DNA of 64,000 bases from Pristiophorus japonicus (Eukaryota): positions 26,908,001 to 26,972,000 of the forward strand of contig NC_091999.1 in assembly GCF_044704955.1 (NCBI RefSeq), written 5' to 3'. The notes below the pieces were generated by a model. That model saw only the letters and a program-made list of their open reading frames with translations. It was not told where the DNA came from and searched no databases. The number at the start of each line of letters is the position of its first letter. Position 1 is the first letter of the stretch. Below, one piece after another: positions 24,523 to 37,589 of the stretch. Both the position numbers and the translations under genes were made by a program.

Positions 24523-27500
24523 GTCTCTGATCGGGAGGAGCATCAGTTGGAGGAGGTAGAGGGAGCGGGAGGATCGAGGCGGATAAAAGTACTGCAGCAG
24601 ATCGGGAGGAAGAGCAGTCGCAGGAACAGCTGCTGTAGCGTCAAAAATCAAAAAGCAAAATAGAATTAAAAAGAAATCGAAGAGTAATGTCACAGCCAAG
24701 CGGGTAAGTTTTTGGCTGGTTGATTGGTAAGCATTTTTTCTTTTTTTTTTCTTTTCTTATCAGTAGGAAACCTTTGGCATTGTTGCCAAATTATGTTAAT
24801 CTAAAGGTTAAGTCATGGCAGGAGAGCCCAGAGCCGTGTCCTGCTCCTCCTGTGGTATGTGGGAAGTCAGGGACACTGGCTACTATGTGTGCGTGAAGTG
24901 TGTCGAGCTGCAGCTCCTGTCAGGTCGCATTGAGGCACTGGAGCTGTGCATGGATTCACTCTGGAGCATCCGCGATGCTGAAGATGTCTTGGATAGCATG
25001 TTTAGTGAGTTGGTCACACAGCAGGTAAAGGTGACACAGACAGATAGGGAATGGGTGACCATCAGGAAGAGCAGGGGAAGGAAGGTAGGGCAGATATACA
25101 GTTTTGGATACTGCTGAGGATGGTGGCTCATCAGGGAAAGGGAGCAGCAGCTAAGTTCATGGCAGCAGGGGTAACTGTGCTGCGCAGGTGGGCTGGAAAA
25201 AGAGTGGAAGGTATATAGTGAGAGGAGATTCTATTAAAAGGGGAAGAGATAGGCGTTTCTGCGGCCGCAAACGAGACTCCAGAGTGGTATGTTGCCTCCC
25301 TGGTGCAAGGGTCAAGGGTGTCTTGGAGCGGGTGCAGGGCATTGTGGAGGGGGAGGGTGAACAGCCAACTATCGTGGTGCATGTAGGTACCAACAATATA
25401 GGTAAAAAACTGGATGACATTCTACAAGATGAATTTCGGGAGCTAGGAGTTAAATTTAAAAGTCGGGCCTCAAAGGTAGAATCTCAGGATTGCAATCAGT
25501 GCCACGTGCTATTCAGAGTTGGAACAGCAGGATAGTTCAAATGAATACGTGGCTTGAGGTTTGGGGCAAGGGGGAGGTATTCAAATTCCTGGGACATTGG
25601 AACAGGTTCTGTGGGAGATGGGACCAGTACAAACCGGATGGTCTGCACCTGGGCAGGACCGGGACCGAGGTCCTTGGTGGTGTGTTTGCTAGTGCTGTTG
25701 GCGAGTGTTTAAACGAATATGGCAGGCGGATGGGGATCTATGTAGGGAGGCAGAGGGAAGTAAAAAGGCTGCAGAAGCAAAAGATAGGAAGGAGAAAAGT
25801 AAGAGTGGAGGGCAGAGGAATCAAAAAGCGGCATATTAAAATATAATTCTAAAAGGACAAAAAGTTTAAAAAAAACAAGCCTGAAGGCTTTGAGTCTCAA
25901 TGCGAGGAGCATTCATAATAAGGTGGATGAATTAACAGCGCAGATAGCTTTTAACGGATATAATGTAATTGGGAATTTCGGAGACATGGCTCCAGGGTAA
26001 CCAAGGCTGGGAACACAACATCCATTGGTATTCAATATTCAGGAAGGATAGACAGAAAGGAAAAGCAGGTGGAGTAGCGTTACTGATTAAAGAGGAGATT
26101 AACACAATAGTAAGGAAGGCATTACCTTGACTGATGTGGAATCTATATGGATAGAGCTGCGAAACACCAAATGTCAGAAAATGTTTTCGGGAATTATGTA
26201 CAGACCACCAAACAGTAGTAGTGAGCGTGGGGATGGCAAGAAACAGGAAATTAGGGATGCGTGCAATAAAGGTACAGCAGTTATCATTGATGACTTAAAT
26301 CTACATATTGTCTGGGTAACCAATCTGGTAGCAGTACTGTGGAGGAGGATTTCCTGGAGTGTATTTGGGATGGTTTTCTGTACCAATATGTCGATGAATC
26401 AACTAAAGAGCAGTCCATCCTAGACTGGGTCTTGTGTAATGAGGGTGGATTAATTAGCAATCTTGTCATGCGAGGGGATGGGCGACCATAATATGGTATA
26501 ATTCTTCATTAAGAAGGATAATGTCACAGTTAATCCAGAGTCTAGTGTCCTGAACTTAAAGAAAGGTAACTTCGATGGTATGAGACATGAATTGGCTAGG
26601 ATAGAGTGGCGGATTATACTTAAAGGGTTGCTGGTAGATAGGCAATGGCAGACATTTAAAGATCACAGTGATGAACTACAACAATTGTACATCCCTGTCT
26701 GGCATTAAAATAAAACGGGGATGGAGGCTCAGCCGTGGTTAACAAGGGGACTTGTGGATATTATTAAATCCAAGGAAGAGGCATATAAATTGGCCAGAAA
26801 AAGTAGCAAACATGAGGACTGGAAGAAATTTAGAATTCAGTAGAGAAAGACAAAGGGTTTAATTATGAAGGGTAGTGGGATACCGCAAGTTTCAGTGCTG
26901 GGACCCCAACTATTTACAATATATATTAATGATTTAGACGAAGGAATTGAATGTAATATCTCCAACTTTGCAGATAACACTAAGCTGGGTGGCAGTGTGA
27001 GCTGTGAGGAGGATACTAAGAGGCTGCAGGTTGAATTCGCCGGATAAGTGAGTGGAAAAATGCATGGCAGATTGAGTAAAATATGGAGAAGTGTGAGCTT
27101 ATCCACTTTGGTGGCAAACATAGGAAGGCAAATTATTATCTGAATGGTGAAATATTAGTAAAATGGGAGGTGCAACGAAACCTGGGCATCATGGTACATC
27201 AGTCATTAAAATAGGCAGGCATGTACAGCAGACAGTAAAGAAAACAAATGGCATGTTGGCCTTCATAGCATGAGGATTTGAGTATGGGAGCAGGACGGTC
27301 TTGCTGCAGTTGTACAGGGCCTTGGTGAGACCACACCCTGAGTATTGTGTGCAGTTTTGTCTCCTAATCTGAGAAAGGACCTTCTTGCTTTTGAGGGAGT
27401 GAAGCGAAGGTTAACCGGACTGATTCCCGGGATGGCAGGACTGACATATGAAGAAAGGTTGATTCAATTGGCTTATATTCCCTGGAATTTAGGAGAATGA

Positions 27501-27899
27501 GAGGGGATCTCATCGAAGTATATAAAATTATGACGAGATTGGTCAGGTCGGATGCAGGAACATTGTTCCCGATATTGGGGAAGTCCAGAACCAGGTGTCA
27601 CATGCTAATGATAAGGGGTAAGCCAAATAGGACCGTGATGAGGAGAAGCTTTTTCACCCAGAATATCGTGAACCTATGGAATTCTCTACCACAGAAAGCT
27701 TTTGAGTCCAGTTCGTTGGATATATTCAAAAGGGAGTTAGATTTGACCATTACGGCTAAAGGGATCAGGGGGTATGGAGAGAGGGCAGTAATGGGGTACT
27801 GAAATTGCATTATCAGCCCTGATCATATTGAATGGTGGTGCAGTCTCGAAGGTCCGAATGGGCTGCTCCTGCACCTATTTTCTATGGTTTCTATGTTTC
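24523..27899 (+). mobile_element. CR1 LINE with both ends (ORF1 + ORF2) and an internal deletion
   Basis: ORF1 zinc finger CSSC..CVKC and esterase motifs GDS, CLPGA, VHVGTNN and DGLHL. ORF2 endonuclease (LNARS, YRPP). Jumps at ~26865 to GIPQVSVLGP/FADNTKL. 3' tail TTTCTATGGTTTCTATGTTTCT. Confidence 0.92.
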
Positions 27900-29270
27900 T
27901 ACACATTGTATTGTGTGTGCACACCTTGTATTTTGCGAGGACAATCAGAGTTGCATGAGTACATCTTGTATTGTGTACGTACACGTTGTACTGTGTGAGT
28001 AATCCTTGTATTTCGTGAGTACATTTTGTATTTTGTGAGCACTTTGCACTTTGTGAGTACACCTCGCATTTTGTGCGTATGCCTTGTATCATGTGAGTAA
28101 ACATTGTATCGTGTGAATACATCTTGTATTGTGTGATTACAGCTTGTATTGTGTGATTACACCTTGTATTGTGAATACACCTTGAATTGTGTGATTACAT
28201 CTTGTATTGTGAATAGACCTTGTATTGTGTGATTACACCTTGTATTGTGTGATTACAACTTGTATTTTGATTACCCTTGTATTGTGAGTGTACAGCTTGT
28301 ATTGTGTGATTACACTTTGCATTATGTGAATACACCTTGTATTGTGTGATTACACCTTGTATGGTGATTACCCCTTGTATTGTGTGAATACACCTTGTAT
28401 TGTTAGTGTACACCTTGTATTGCGTGATGACACTTTGCATTATGTGAATACGCCTGTATTGTGTGGGTACACCCCGTAATCTGCCAGTTCACGTTTTATT
28501 GTGTGAGAATAACTTGGAATATTTGAGTACACATTGTATTGTGTGAGTACACATTTTATAGAACGAGTACATCTTGTATTGTGCGAGTACATCTTGTATT
28601 GTGTGAGTACACCTTGTATTGTGAGAGTACATCTTGTATTGTGTGAATATATATTGTATTGTGGCAGTACACTTTAAAGCATGTGAGTACACATTGTATA
28701 AGTACACATTGTATTGTGTTCGCACATCTTCTATTGTGCGAGTACATCTTGTATTGTGTGAATATATTATCTATTGTGTGAGTACAGCTTCTATTGTGTG
28801 CGTACATCATGTATTGTGTGAGAATCCATTGTAATGTGTGACTGCAACTTGCATTGTCAGTTTGTGCATCTTGTGTTGTGTGAGTACACCATGTATTTTG
28901 TGAGGATACATTGTATTGTGTGATTTCACCTTGTATTGTATGAGTAGTGCTGATATTGTGTGAGTACACCTTGTATTGTCTACCGACACATTATTTTGTA
29001 TTAGTACAACTTGTATTGTGTGAGCGATCCTTGTAATGGGTAAGTACAACTTCTATTTTCTAAGTACACGTTGTACTGTGTGTGTGCAACTTGGACTATT
29101 TTATTGCAAATTGTATATTGAAAGTACGCTTTCTATTATGTGAGTACATGTTTTGTTTATTTGTGCATCTTGTATTCTGTGAGTACACCTAGTATTGTGC
29201 GAGTACACCTTTTATTGTGTGGGTACGTCTCATATTCTGGGGTGTAACTTGCATTGTGTGGGTATAACTT
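27900..29270. repeat. 20-bp satellite, right part
   Basis: Same TTGTATTGTGTGAGTACACC unit, with 18-20-bp variants around 28120-28400. Confidence 0.92.
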
Positions 29271-30759
29271 CCATTACATAACTACATACGGCAGCATGTG
29301 ACTGTCACTGTTGCTCTGATTCGTGCCTGTTCTAGATGTCCTTGAGCTGTGATTGGTTCCGCCTCATTAGAAGTGTTGTTCCTTTGCTGCTTCACAGAAT
29401 TGAACATTCCATATGAGTCAGCCGTACTTAGTTTTGCAAAAACTGCTGGGATATTACTTTAGATGCTAAGCTGGGCCACATGATATCTCGAGCCTTGGGA
29501 GTCATATCCCAAGAGTCCGAACAAAATTGTTCCTCCTCCCACAATGAAAATGGAAAGTAAGTGCTGAATTTGTTTGTTCAAATAACTGTAAATAATTGTG
29601 AAAACTAATTGTCTACCTGTGGATTTCCAACACATATAAATGAGGACCCTTTGAGCCTGTCATGGAGAATCTGTTTGATTGACTCTCACAAGCAGAGACC
29701 ATCGCTTCTCATAGAATATGCACGGTCGGATAACTGGTCTACTTTATGCCATTTACTATCCTATTCTCGCAGCTATTGGAGTTCCGGGTGAGTCATTGCA
29801 CTAAATCATTAAATTGTAAATGATTGTTGAATGAACTTACAGCTGTTACTGACAATTTAAAATGTGACATATTCATCTCCAGTTGTTTGTTAGAAAGTCA
29901 CTTCGTGAGTGGTATCCTAGTTTTCCATCATTCTTTAATTTATATGTATTGTTTTACACAAGCTGCAGTGGTTGAGTCTCAAATACACACAGTACTCTGC
30001 GATTATTGCAAATAGCAAGCATTATGTTCGGCTTGTTCATTGTACTGAATTATATTTTTTAAATAATGTTTTGTTCACTTTTTTAACACCTATGATTGTG
30101 TGTGGATAATTCTACATGTGAACATCTGAGGACAAATTTTCAGCAAGATCACCTTAGATAGAATTTTAATATGTGTCATTGTGAAAAAGGTGAAAGTGAG
30201 TTGGCAGTCCGTGTTACATCTCTCCCGAATTTTATTTCATTGACTTCAATAGAAATACTAATTGGGATGCTGGAGTTTTGCCAGCGCTCAGAGGACGGGA
30301 TCGGTGGAGAGTCAGCTATCAAAATAAAAACATTGACAGTGGGTTGGGACCGAGCGCCATGCTACTTTCCCAGATGTCGTGTCTGTAAACTCTCAACAGA
30401 CCCGCCACGCTGCAGCAGGCGAGGCAATTTAGGTCATTGTGACCTTGTTAAGAGTTTATTAAAAATAATGTTGAGCTGAACTTCCCATTTTGCCAGGTTT
30501 TCAATGAGATTCACACGGCTCGGGAAGCAGGACATCGGGCCATCTGTTACCATGAATTCATTTCTTTACCTGCTAGCTACAAATATGTTATAAATACTCC
30601 CATCTCACAGCTGTTTGCATTTCAAGATTAAAACGTCATGCTTACTGGGTTTGGGAGGCACATTGAACTTTGTGGACGTTGCACGTCCTTGGAACAATCT
30701 CTCATTGGAAGTTTCACCTCATTGGAACAATCTCTCACCATTGATAGATCACTTCTGTC

Positions 30760-31710
30760 CTCTCAAGGTCATTTGCCATCTATTACATTAGCCTTTGGAA
30801 ATTTAAGCTTTCTCACTTTGCTCCTCTGAATCACATCACGATTAGCGCCAGCACCATAATCACAATTAACACTAGCAGCACCAACAACAACATCCTTCTC
30901 CGCAATCAACTGATGCTGCACAGGAGAGAGGGCATCAGAACTCGGCCACATTGCTGACCAGGACGGGAGGGATGGCCTGACCATGATTTACTTCAGCAGA
31001 CGCTGTACATCCTGCCTGTCACATAATGCGCTATTTTGACACCACTCCAAAAGAACATCATACAGCGTCGTTACAGTGCCCAAGCCACAGCTTTCACAAT
31101 CGTTGCCATTGCGGGGGGGTACCGTTATGTTTCAACATTCACACAGCTCAGAGCATCACATCTGAAGATGCGCATAAATCTGTCCAAGAACACAAAGTGA
31201 TGAAATTACAGGTGTCAATATTTGACAGCACATTAAAAGAAATCTTGTATGATCATTGGCTAAACCACACATGCCTATCCTTGTGTGTTGTTAGTTGGTA
31301 TAATTGCAACAGGATGAGGGTGAGTATGGGGCGTGGCTAGCGAGATGGAGAAGTTATAATGTAGATAGAGAGGGATAGGTGGATGTGCAAGGAAAGTTGA
31401 TGTGCGTAAGAATGTGCAGGAAGTGATGGGGCTGTGGTGAGTGGCACAACAGGATAAGGTTGAGAATGGCTTTGCAATAAAGTGTGTGATCCACTTAGAT
31501 CATGGAAAGATTTTCACCACTGCAGTCTGGTCCTGCTGACGATATCACTGCCTTTGATTCCACTGCAATGTGCAACCGTATTGATTTGGTTTCCTGGGGA
31601 GGTCGCCCCTGCCCATAGTAAGTAACGAAAACGTCTCTCTGTGCTGCATAGGAGAGCCTGGGTGAAGCCGTGCACCTTTCTGCAGTGCGTGTCACTGTTT
31701 GTAGCAATTC
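30760..31710 (-). mobile_element. Possible Harbinger-type transposon Myb/SANT-like ORF remnant
   Basis: Across frames on the minus strand at 31495-31690: QRDVF..GQGRPPQETKSIRLHIAVE..SDIVSRTRLQW*KSFHDL, resembling the (W)..IA..V....RT..QC.K.F.DL Myb/SANT-like pattern. Confidence 0.4.
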
Positions 31711-32689
31711 AATGCTGTGGAACTCTCAGAGCACAACTATTAAATTCAATTTCGAAAAGGTCCCTTTCAGGAAACCGTCTGATGAAGCGTCTCCAAATGA
31801 CGTCATCAGGCCCCCTTCCTTCAAACCGCCCGAGCAATGCTCTGGGCGGGCTTAACAAGCTTAATCAATGGATAATCTTATCTATATAACTGGCTGGAGC
31901 CAGCAGCGAGATCGGAACCTGCACGGAGCCACTGAGGTAGGCGAAAATGCGGCCATAAAACGAGCTGCAGGTTCATTATCAGCCGCTTTACACTACCTCT
32001 TGAAGTGAAGATGTGCCTGCTTGAAATGATTATGGGTGAAATTCGTCTTGCATGGTAGAGGGAATCAGTAAACAGTTTTACAATTCTCCCGGTTATCTGC
32101 CCATTGACATCGAAGGAGAAGAAATTACGACTGAGCATATAACAGGTGGCCTATTCGCTACAGCCCGTCATTAATTGCACCCGTGTGTTCCTTCGGATTT
32201 TTATATTCCCGTGTTGCTAAGGACGGAGGCAATTTACAACATCCAGGTGTATATATCGCCCGGTATACGCAGTGCCTGACATTCAGTGTCTAACACCTGA
32301 GATTAATTCTTCGGCCCTGACTTTCAATATTGAGGTAGGATTGCAATTTGCAGCTATTACCTAAAACTGGCATCGCTGATCACTTGTCCTTATGGAAGCT
32401 GGTCGATTTTCATTTCCAGCTCCAACACCAAGCTGCTCAGTTGGGATCGACCTTTTGTGTTCCATGTTCTACATATCTCAATCAATGCAAGCAGTCTGTT
32501 TCTCGCTCCCTTGTCCTATCTTTTCATAATTTGAAACATTTCTATCACATCGTCCCATAATTAGGGTTCTAATCAATTAAAAAACATTTTTGGAAGATTT
32601 ATTGATATTTGTATCTCATCATGCCAATCAGCATCGCGTGATTTTCTCTCTCTATTCCCTCACTATCCTTCCTATACTGCAATACTTTA

Positions 32690-33180
32690 TACCGTATTCT
32701 TAACTAAATCTCGTTAACCATGCTTTCCGTATGCTAACTCCCACCATCCGTTTCATCCATCATGCCCTGTGCTTGCTGACCTACACGAGTTCCTGGTCGA
32801 ACAACGCTTTGATTTGAACGTTCTCACCGTTGGTCAAATCCTTCCATTGCACCACACCTCCAGACCTTTATAACCTCCTTCAGCCCTACCATCTTGGATC
32901 ATGAATGCATTCCTTCAATTATGGCCTATCCCCCATCCCCAATGTTCTTCATTCCACCATTGGTGGCCATGCCTTCAGCTCCCTAGTCGTTAAGCTCTGG
33001 AATTCTCTCTCGAACCGTGCTATCTCTCTCTCGTCATGAAAGACGCTCCTTAAACCTATCTACCTCTGATCCAGCATTTGGTTATCGTTCCGAATATTTG
33101 GCTCAGTATGATGCTCCTGTGAAGCGTCTTGGGACGCTTTACTACATTGAATGCGCAATATAAATGCAATTTCTTGTATT
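32690..33180 (+). mobile_element. L2-type LINE 3' fragment
   Basis: PVLADLH, GGHAFS and KLWNSL motifs, with tail CTCCTGTGAAGCGTCTTGGGAC..TATAAATGCAA. Confidence 0.7.
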
Positions 33181-35789
33181 ATATAGTTTCATTATTATCT
33201 CTTGGCTTTTATTTTCTATTCCACTAGAGATAAAATCTCGGGATTTATCCCCATTTAATTAGTTGCTACAATTATTGGGGATTGCAATCTCCAATATTTT
33301 CGTTGTCGTACAGTGTGCATGAAAAGACAACATGGAAAAGTTGCACATGAATAACAGGTGGGTCCCCGTTTGTAAGGAGCATTCGACATGTAAGGGTTGA
33401 TGTGTAGGTCATTGGTGAGGAATTTATCATTTCTGGTGAAGGGCCTGCAACCGAAGCCAGATTCCTTCTGTGTTCTTTACAGATGCTGATTGAGTTGTTG
33501 TGCATTTCCATCTCAATGGTTTATTTTCAGAGCTGCAATATTTGCAGTTTCATTTCAGAGGGTTTTGGTTCATTTTTGTTACCCACTTTTTATTGTTATT
33601 TCTCATAATGCGCTAATTTTGGCCTTTTAATTGGATCTTTCGTCGGCTTCTAGTGGGTTTCCTAGCAGAAATGATTGCGTTGCTGATAATGAAAGACTGA
33701 ATATAAACTGAATACAGACAACATTTTGTAAACCAATGAAGATATCAGACGAGAACGATCACATGCATCGGATAGAATTTTTAAAAAGTGAGGTTGTTAA
33801 ATCAATTATTCAATCAATGATTACATTTATCGAGTAAGTTAACTTAAGTGATTATGTTTAATTTATACAATAATTATTAATTGAGAGAGTCAGTATCACT
33901 GTCAAATAAGGTGAATAGTTTATTGACTCGATAGAACGTTGTTCAGGTATGGCTGCTTAGTGTTAATGGGTAATTTCGCGATGCTCGATTCTGAGACACA
34001 CCTGATGGCCAGAAGTTGATGAGCAAGGAAGGTGGCAGGGAAGACATGCTGCTTGCACGTTCAGCATAAAACCGGGCTAGTAGACCGAGGAGTGATGTGT
34101 TTGACAGGAAAATCGTTGAGGCTGAGTAGACAGAATTAGAATTTAACATGTATCATAGGACCAGTGTTTAAGACATAATGAACGTGGAGGGAGTCGGTGG
34201 GGTCGGCATTCATCGGGGAAGCTGGAACAGGTCTTGAAACGGTCGTTAGGTTGAGAGTTGGGCACAGGGCCTAGTCAAAGGCCAGTAGAACAAAACAAGT
34301 TTTGGCTAAGATTTATTTAAAAAGTGTACATTAGTAGCCACACGTAATTAAATAAACTGTGAATAAGTTTGATGTTTTTTCTTGTAAATTTTATATTTAG
34401 TTGCAAAGAGAAGCTATAATATTTTAGTGATAGATGAACGTTTGATATAAAACAATAAGCTGCATGAAATTTCCATCTAAAATATGCTCGCATCTAATTG
34501 AGTGTGATAAAAAACTCTGAGAAAACATTGAGATAGAAAGAGTGATGAACAGGAAATTCACGTGGAATGTAGGGTCCGGATATTGGGAGATCTCAATCCA
34601 GGAGCAGCATCGGGACACCCGTTTGGTGACCCGAATTGCCGGCCTGGCGTAAATGAGGCCGTTGCTTCAAAATCACAGGGACAGCACTGATCTTCGACTT
34701 CAACTCGACCTTCCCGTACTATCACCATATCCCTTGATACCTCCAATATGAAAAATCTATCGATTGCAATATTGAATAATAATATGCTAAACATATTTAT
34801 GCTTGCTCTTGGTGACTAAAGGAAAGTGACTTTCCATTTTTACGTTTTGGCAAATGTTTGTGCGAATTTATTTCATTACATTAATAGAAACTGCTAACTG
34901 TAATCATTGCTATTTACTTACACAATTCCGGCATAAAGGGCGTTATAGCGCTTTAGTTTGATGTGACACAGCTGCTCACTTTACACTATAAAAAATCGCC
35001 AAATCTTCAACCATCTATTTTCCTCAAATTCAGTAACGGTTTCTATTTAACTAGGAATAATAATACTGAATCAGTATTGTAGGACTGGGGTAAATTCCTA
35101 CTTTTGCTGCCAGGCAAAAAATGTGTCGCAGGCAATCCCAGTCCCTTTTGCACACCAATCTATTTTCATCGACTTTGCCCATTATAAAGATCGCTGTTTG
35201 TGTTAAACATTGAAGTAAATCGAAATGAAACGCAGCCGATGCTACACGCTTAATAAAGTATAAGGATCCATCATCTCTTCAACAGAGCATTCGCGCACAC
35301 ATTCCCATCCCATTTCTCTATCTACATATATATATATCGAAAATCTATAACCACATGTATTCTCGAACTTGTTTACTTTATTAATATTGACAGAACGTAC
35401 AAGTATGTCATACTTCTACACTTACTAGTAGGATACCCACCGGTTTATAAGAACTATGGATCAACCCAGGATAATTTTCAGCACGGAGTGCCAAAGCATA
35501 ACTGATGGGACCAAATTGCCCATTTTTAGAGGCCCGTTAGTGCCTCCAGGGCTGCCAACGGGGCAAAAGACAATTTTAGCAAGGGGTGTGGGGCTCTCCT
35601 GGCTCCTGGTAAATTGCACGGGAATTTGGAGAACGCTTCCCGCAAGGCTGGCGCGGGTGGGTGCCAACACCATCTTCTGACATCCGCTGCAGCCAGAAGT
35701 TAAAGGTAATGTCGCCAGAGCCCGGCGACATCATCTTCCTCGTTTTGCCGACTCTCGGGTTAGCTCTTCATGTCCCCCTCTGGCATGGT

Positions 35790-36940
35790 CAAAGGGTACT
35801 GCACAAGATAAAGTTCACTTGGTTGTGACATGTAAAGAGGATTGGCTAACCAGCAGAGAACAGAGTGCCGGGATGAATGGTTCATTCTCTGGTTGGCAAC
35901 CAGTAACTAGTGGTGTGCCGCAGGGATCAGGCTGGGACCCCAACTATTTACAATCTATATTAATGACTTGAAAGAAAGGACTGAGTGTAACCTAGCCACG
36001 TTTGCTGACGATAAAAAGATGGGAGGAAAACAAATGTGTGAGTGGGACACAAAAAATCTGCAAAAGAACATTGAAAGGCTAAGTGAGTGGGCAAAAAATT
36101 TGGCAGATGGAGTTAAATGTTCGAAAGTGTGAGACAGTTTGGCAGAAAAAAATCAAAGAGCAAGTCATTATTTGAATGGCAAAAGATTGCAAAGTGCCGC
36201 AGTACAGCGGGACCTGGGCATAATTGAACATGAAATACAAAAGGATAGTACGCAGGTACAGCAAGTGATCAGTAAGGCCAATGGTATCTTGGCCTTTATT
36301 GCAAAGGGGATGGAGTATAAAAACAGTGAAGGCTTGCTACAGCTATAAAAAGTTTTGGTGAGGCCTCTCCTGGAATACTGTGTGCAGATTTGGTTTCCAT
36401 ATATACGCAAGGGTATCATTGCTTTGCAGGCAGTTCAGAGAAGGTTCACTAGGTCGATTCCGATAATTCTGGAGTTGATTTATGAGGAAAGGCTGAGAAG
36501 GTTGGCCCTATATTCTATGGAGTTCAAAAGAAGGAGAGGTGATCTTATCGAAACGTATAAGATTATGAGCGTGTTTGACAAAATGCATGGAGAGAGACTG
36601 TTTCCACTGATGGGGGAGACTCGAACTAGGGGGTATGATCTTAGAATAAGGGGCCGCCCATTTAAAACAAAGATGAGGAGGAATTTATTCTCTCAGAGGA
36701 TTGTAAATCTATGGACTTCGCTGACTCAGAGAGCTGTGGAAGTTGGGATGCTGAATAATTTTAAGTCAGAAATAGACAGTTTCTTAAACGATAACGGGAT
36801 AAGGGGTTGTGTGGAGCGGGCGGGGATGTGGAGTTGAGTCCATGATCAGATCAGCCATGAACTTATTGAATGACAAAGCAAGCTCGAGGGGCCGTATAAC
36901 CTACTTCTGTTCCTATTTTTTATGGTCTTATGTTCTTATG
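35790..36940 (+). mobile_element. CR1 LINE 3' fragment
   Basis: GVPQGS, FADDKK, VRPLLEYCVQIW and RGDLIETYK motifs, with tail TTATGGTCTTATGTTCTTATG. Confidence 0.92.
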
Positions 36941-37079
36941 GTCCGAGCCACAATCGTGGAGCCCGTTAATCTCTTTTGGGTGCCGGGCTGCAGGGCCGGT
37001 ACCACGCTGTCCTGGTGGTTTAGTGGAGACCACCAGAGGCTTGCAACTTCAGTAGGGATTGCCTGCAGAAAAGCAGACG

Positions 37080-37146
37080 TTACAGCAATTCTAAAGGGAC
37101 ATGTCAAAATTGTGGTAAACTTGGACATTTGGCCAAAGATTGCTGG
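37080..37146 (+). pseudogene. gag: Gag nucleocapsid CCHC zinc knuckle
   Basis: TGT CAA AAT TGT GGT AAA CTT GGA CAT TTG GCC AAA GAT TGC TGG = CQNCGKLGHLAKDCW (37102-37146). Not shown in the ORF track. Confidence 0.9.
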
Positions 37147-37589
37147 AGTTATGAGGAAGGCGCTGGATGGCGAGATCACAAACAGGCAAAGATGGAAATA
37201 CCATTAACCAGGGAAGATCTGATGGACATGCTCAGACAGATACCAGCACCACTGGTACCACTGCCACCACCGCCCCAACCAGAGAACACCCAATAACCAA
37301 CTTAGATTTGCCTCTGACCCATAGGACCATCAACATACAAGGAGAGAGTGGGGGATATCAGAAAGCAACCCGAAGTGAGATGGTGTTGTCGAAGTACAGG
37401 GGTTATGCAACCTGCTCAGTTTTGGTGCCGTCAGAATAGAGAAGGCAACATAAAGAAGGCATACAGAAGGCAGCGATACATTAAGGGAGATAGGGGTATT
37501 GATAGCTCTTCAGCGTAATCGGATAATTTTGGGAGATAAGCAAGAAACCGAATTAAGTTCGAAAACCCGGGACACCAGCAGCAACGCGT

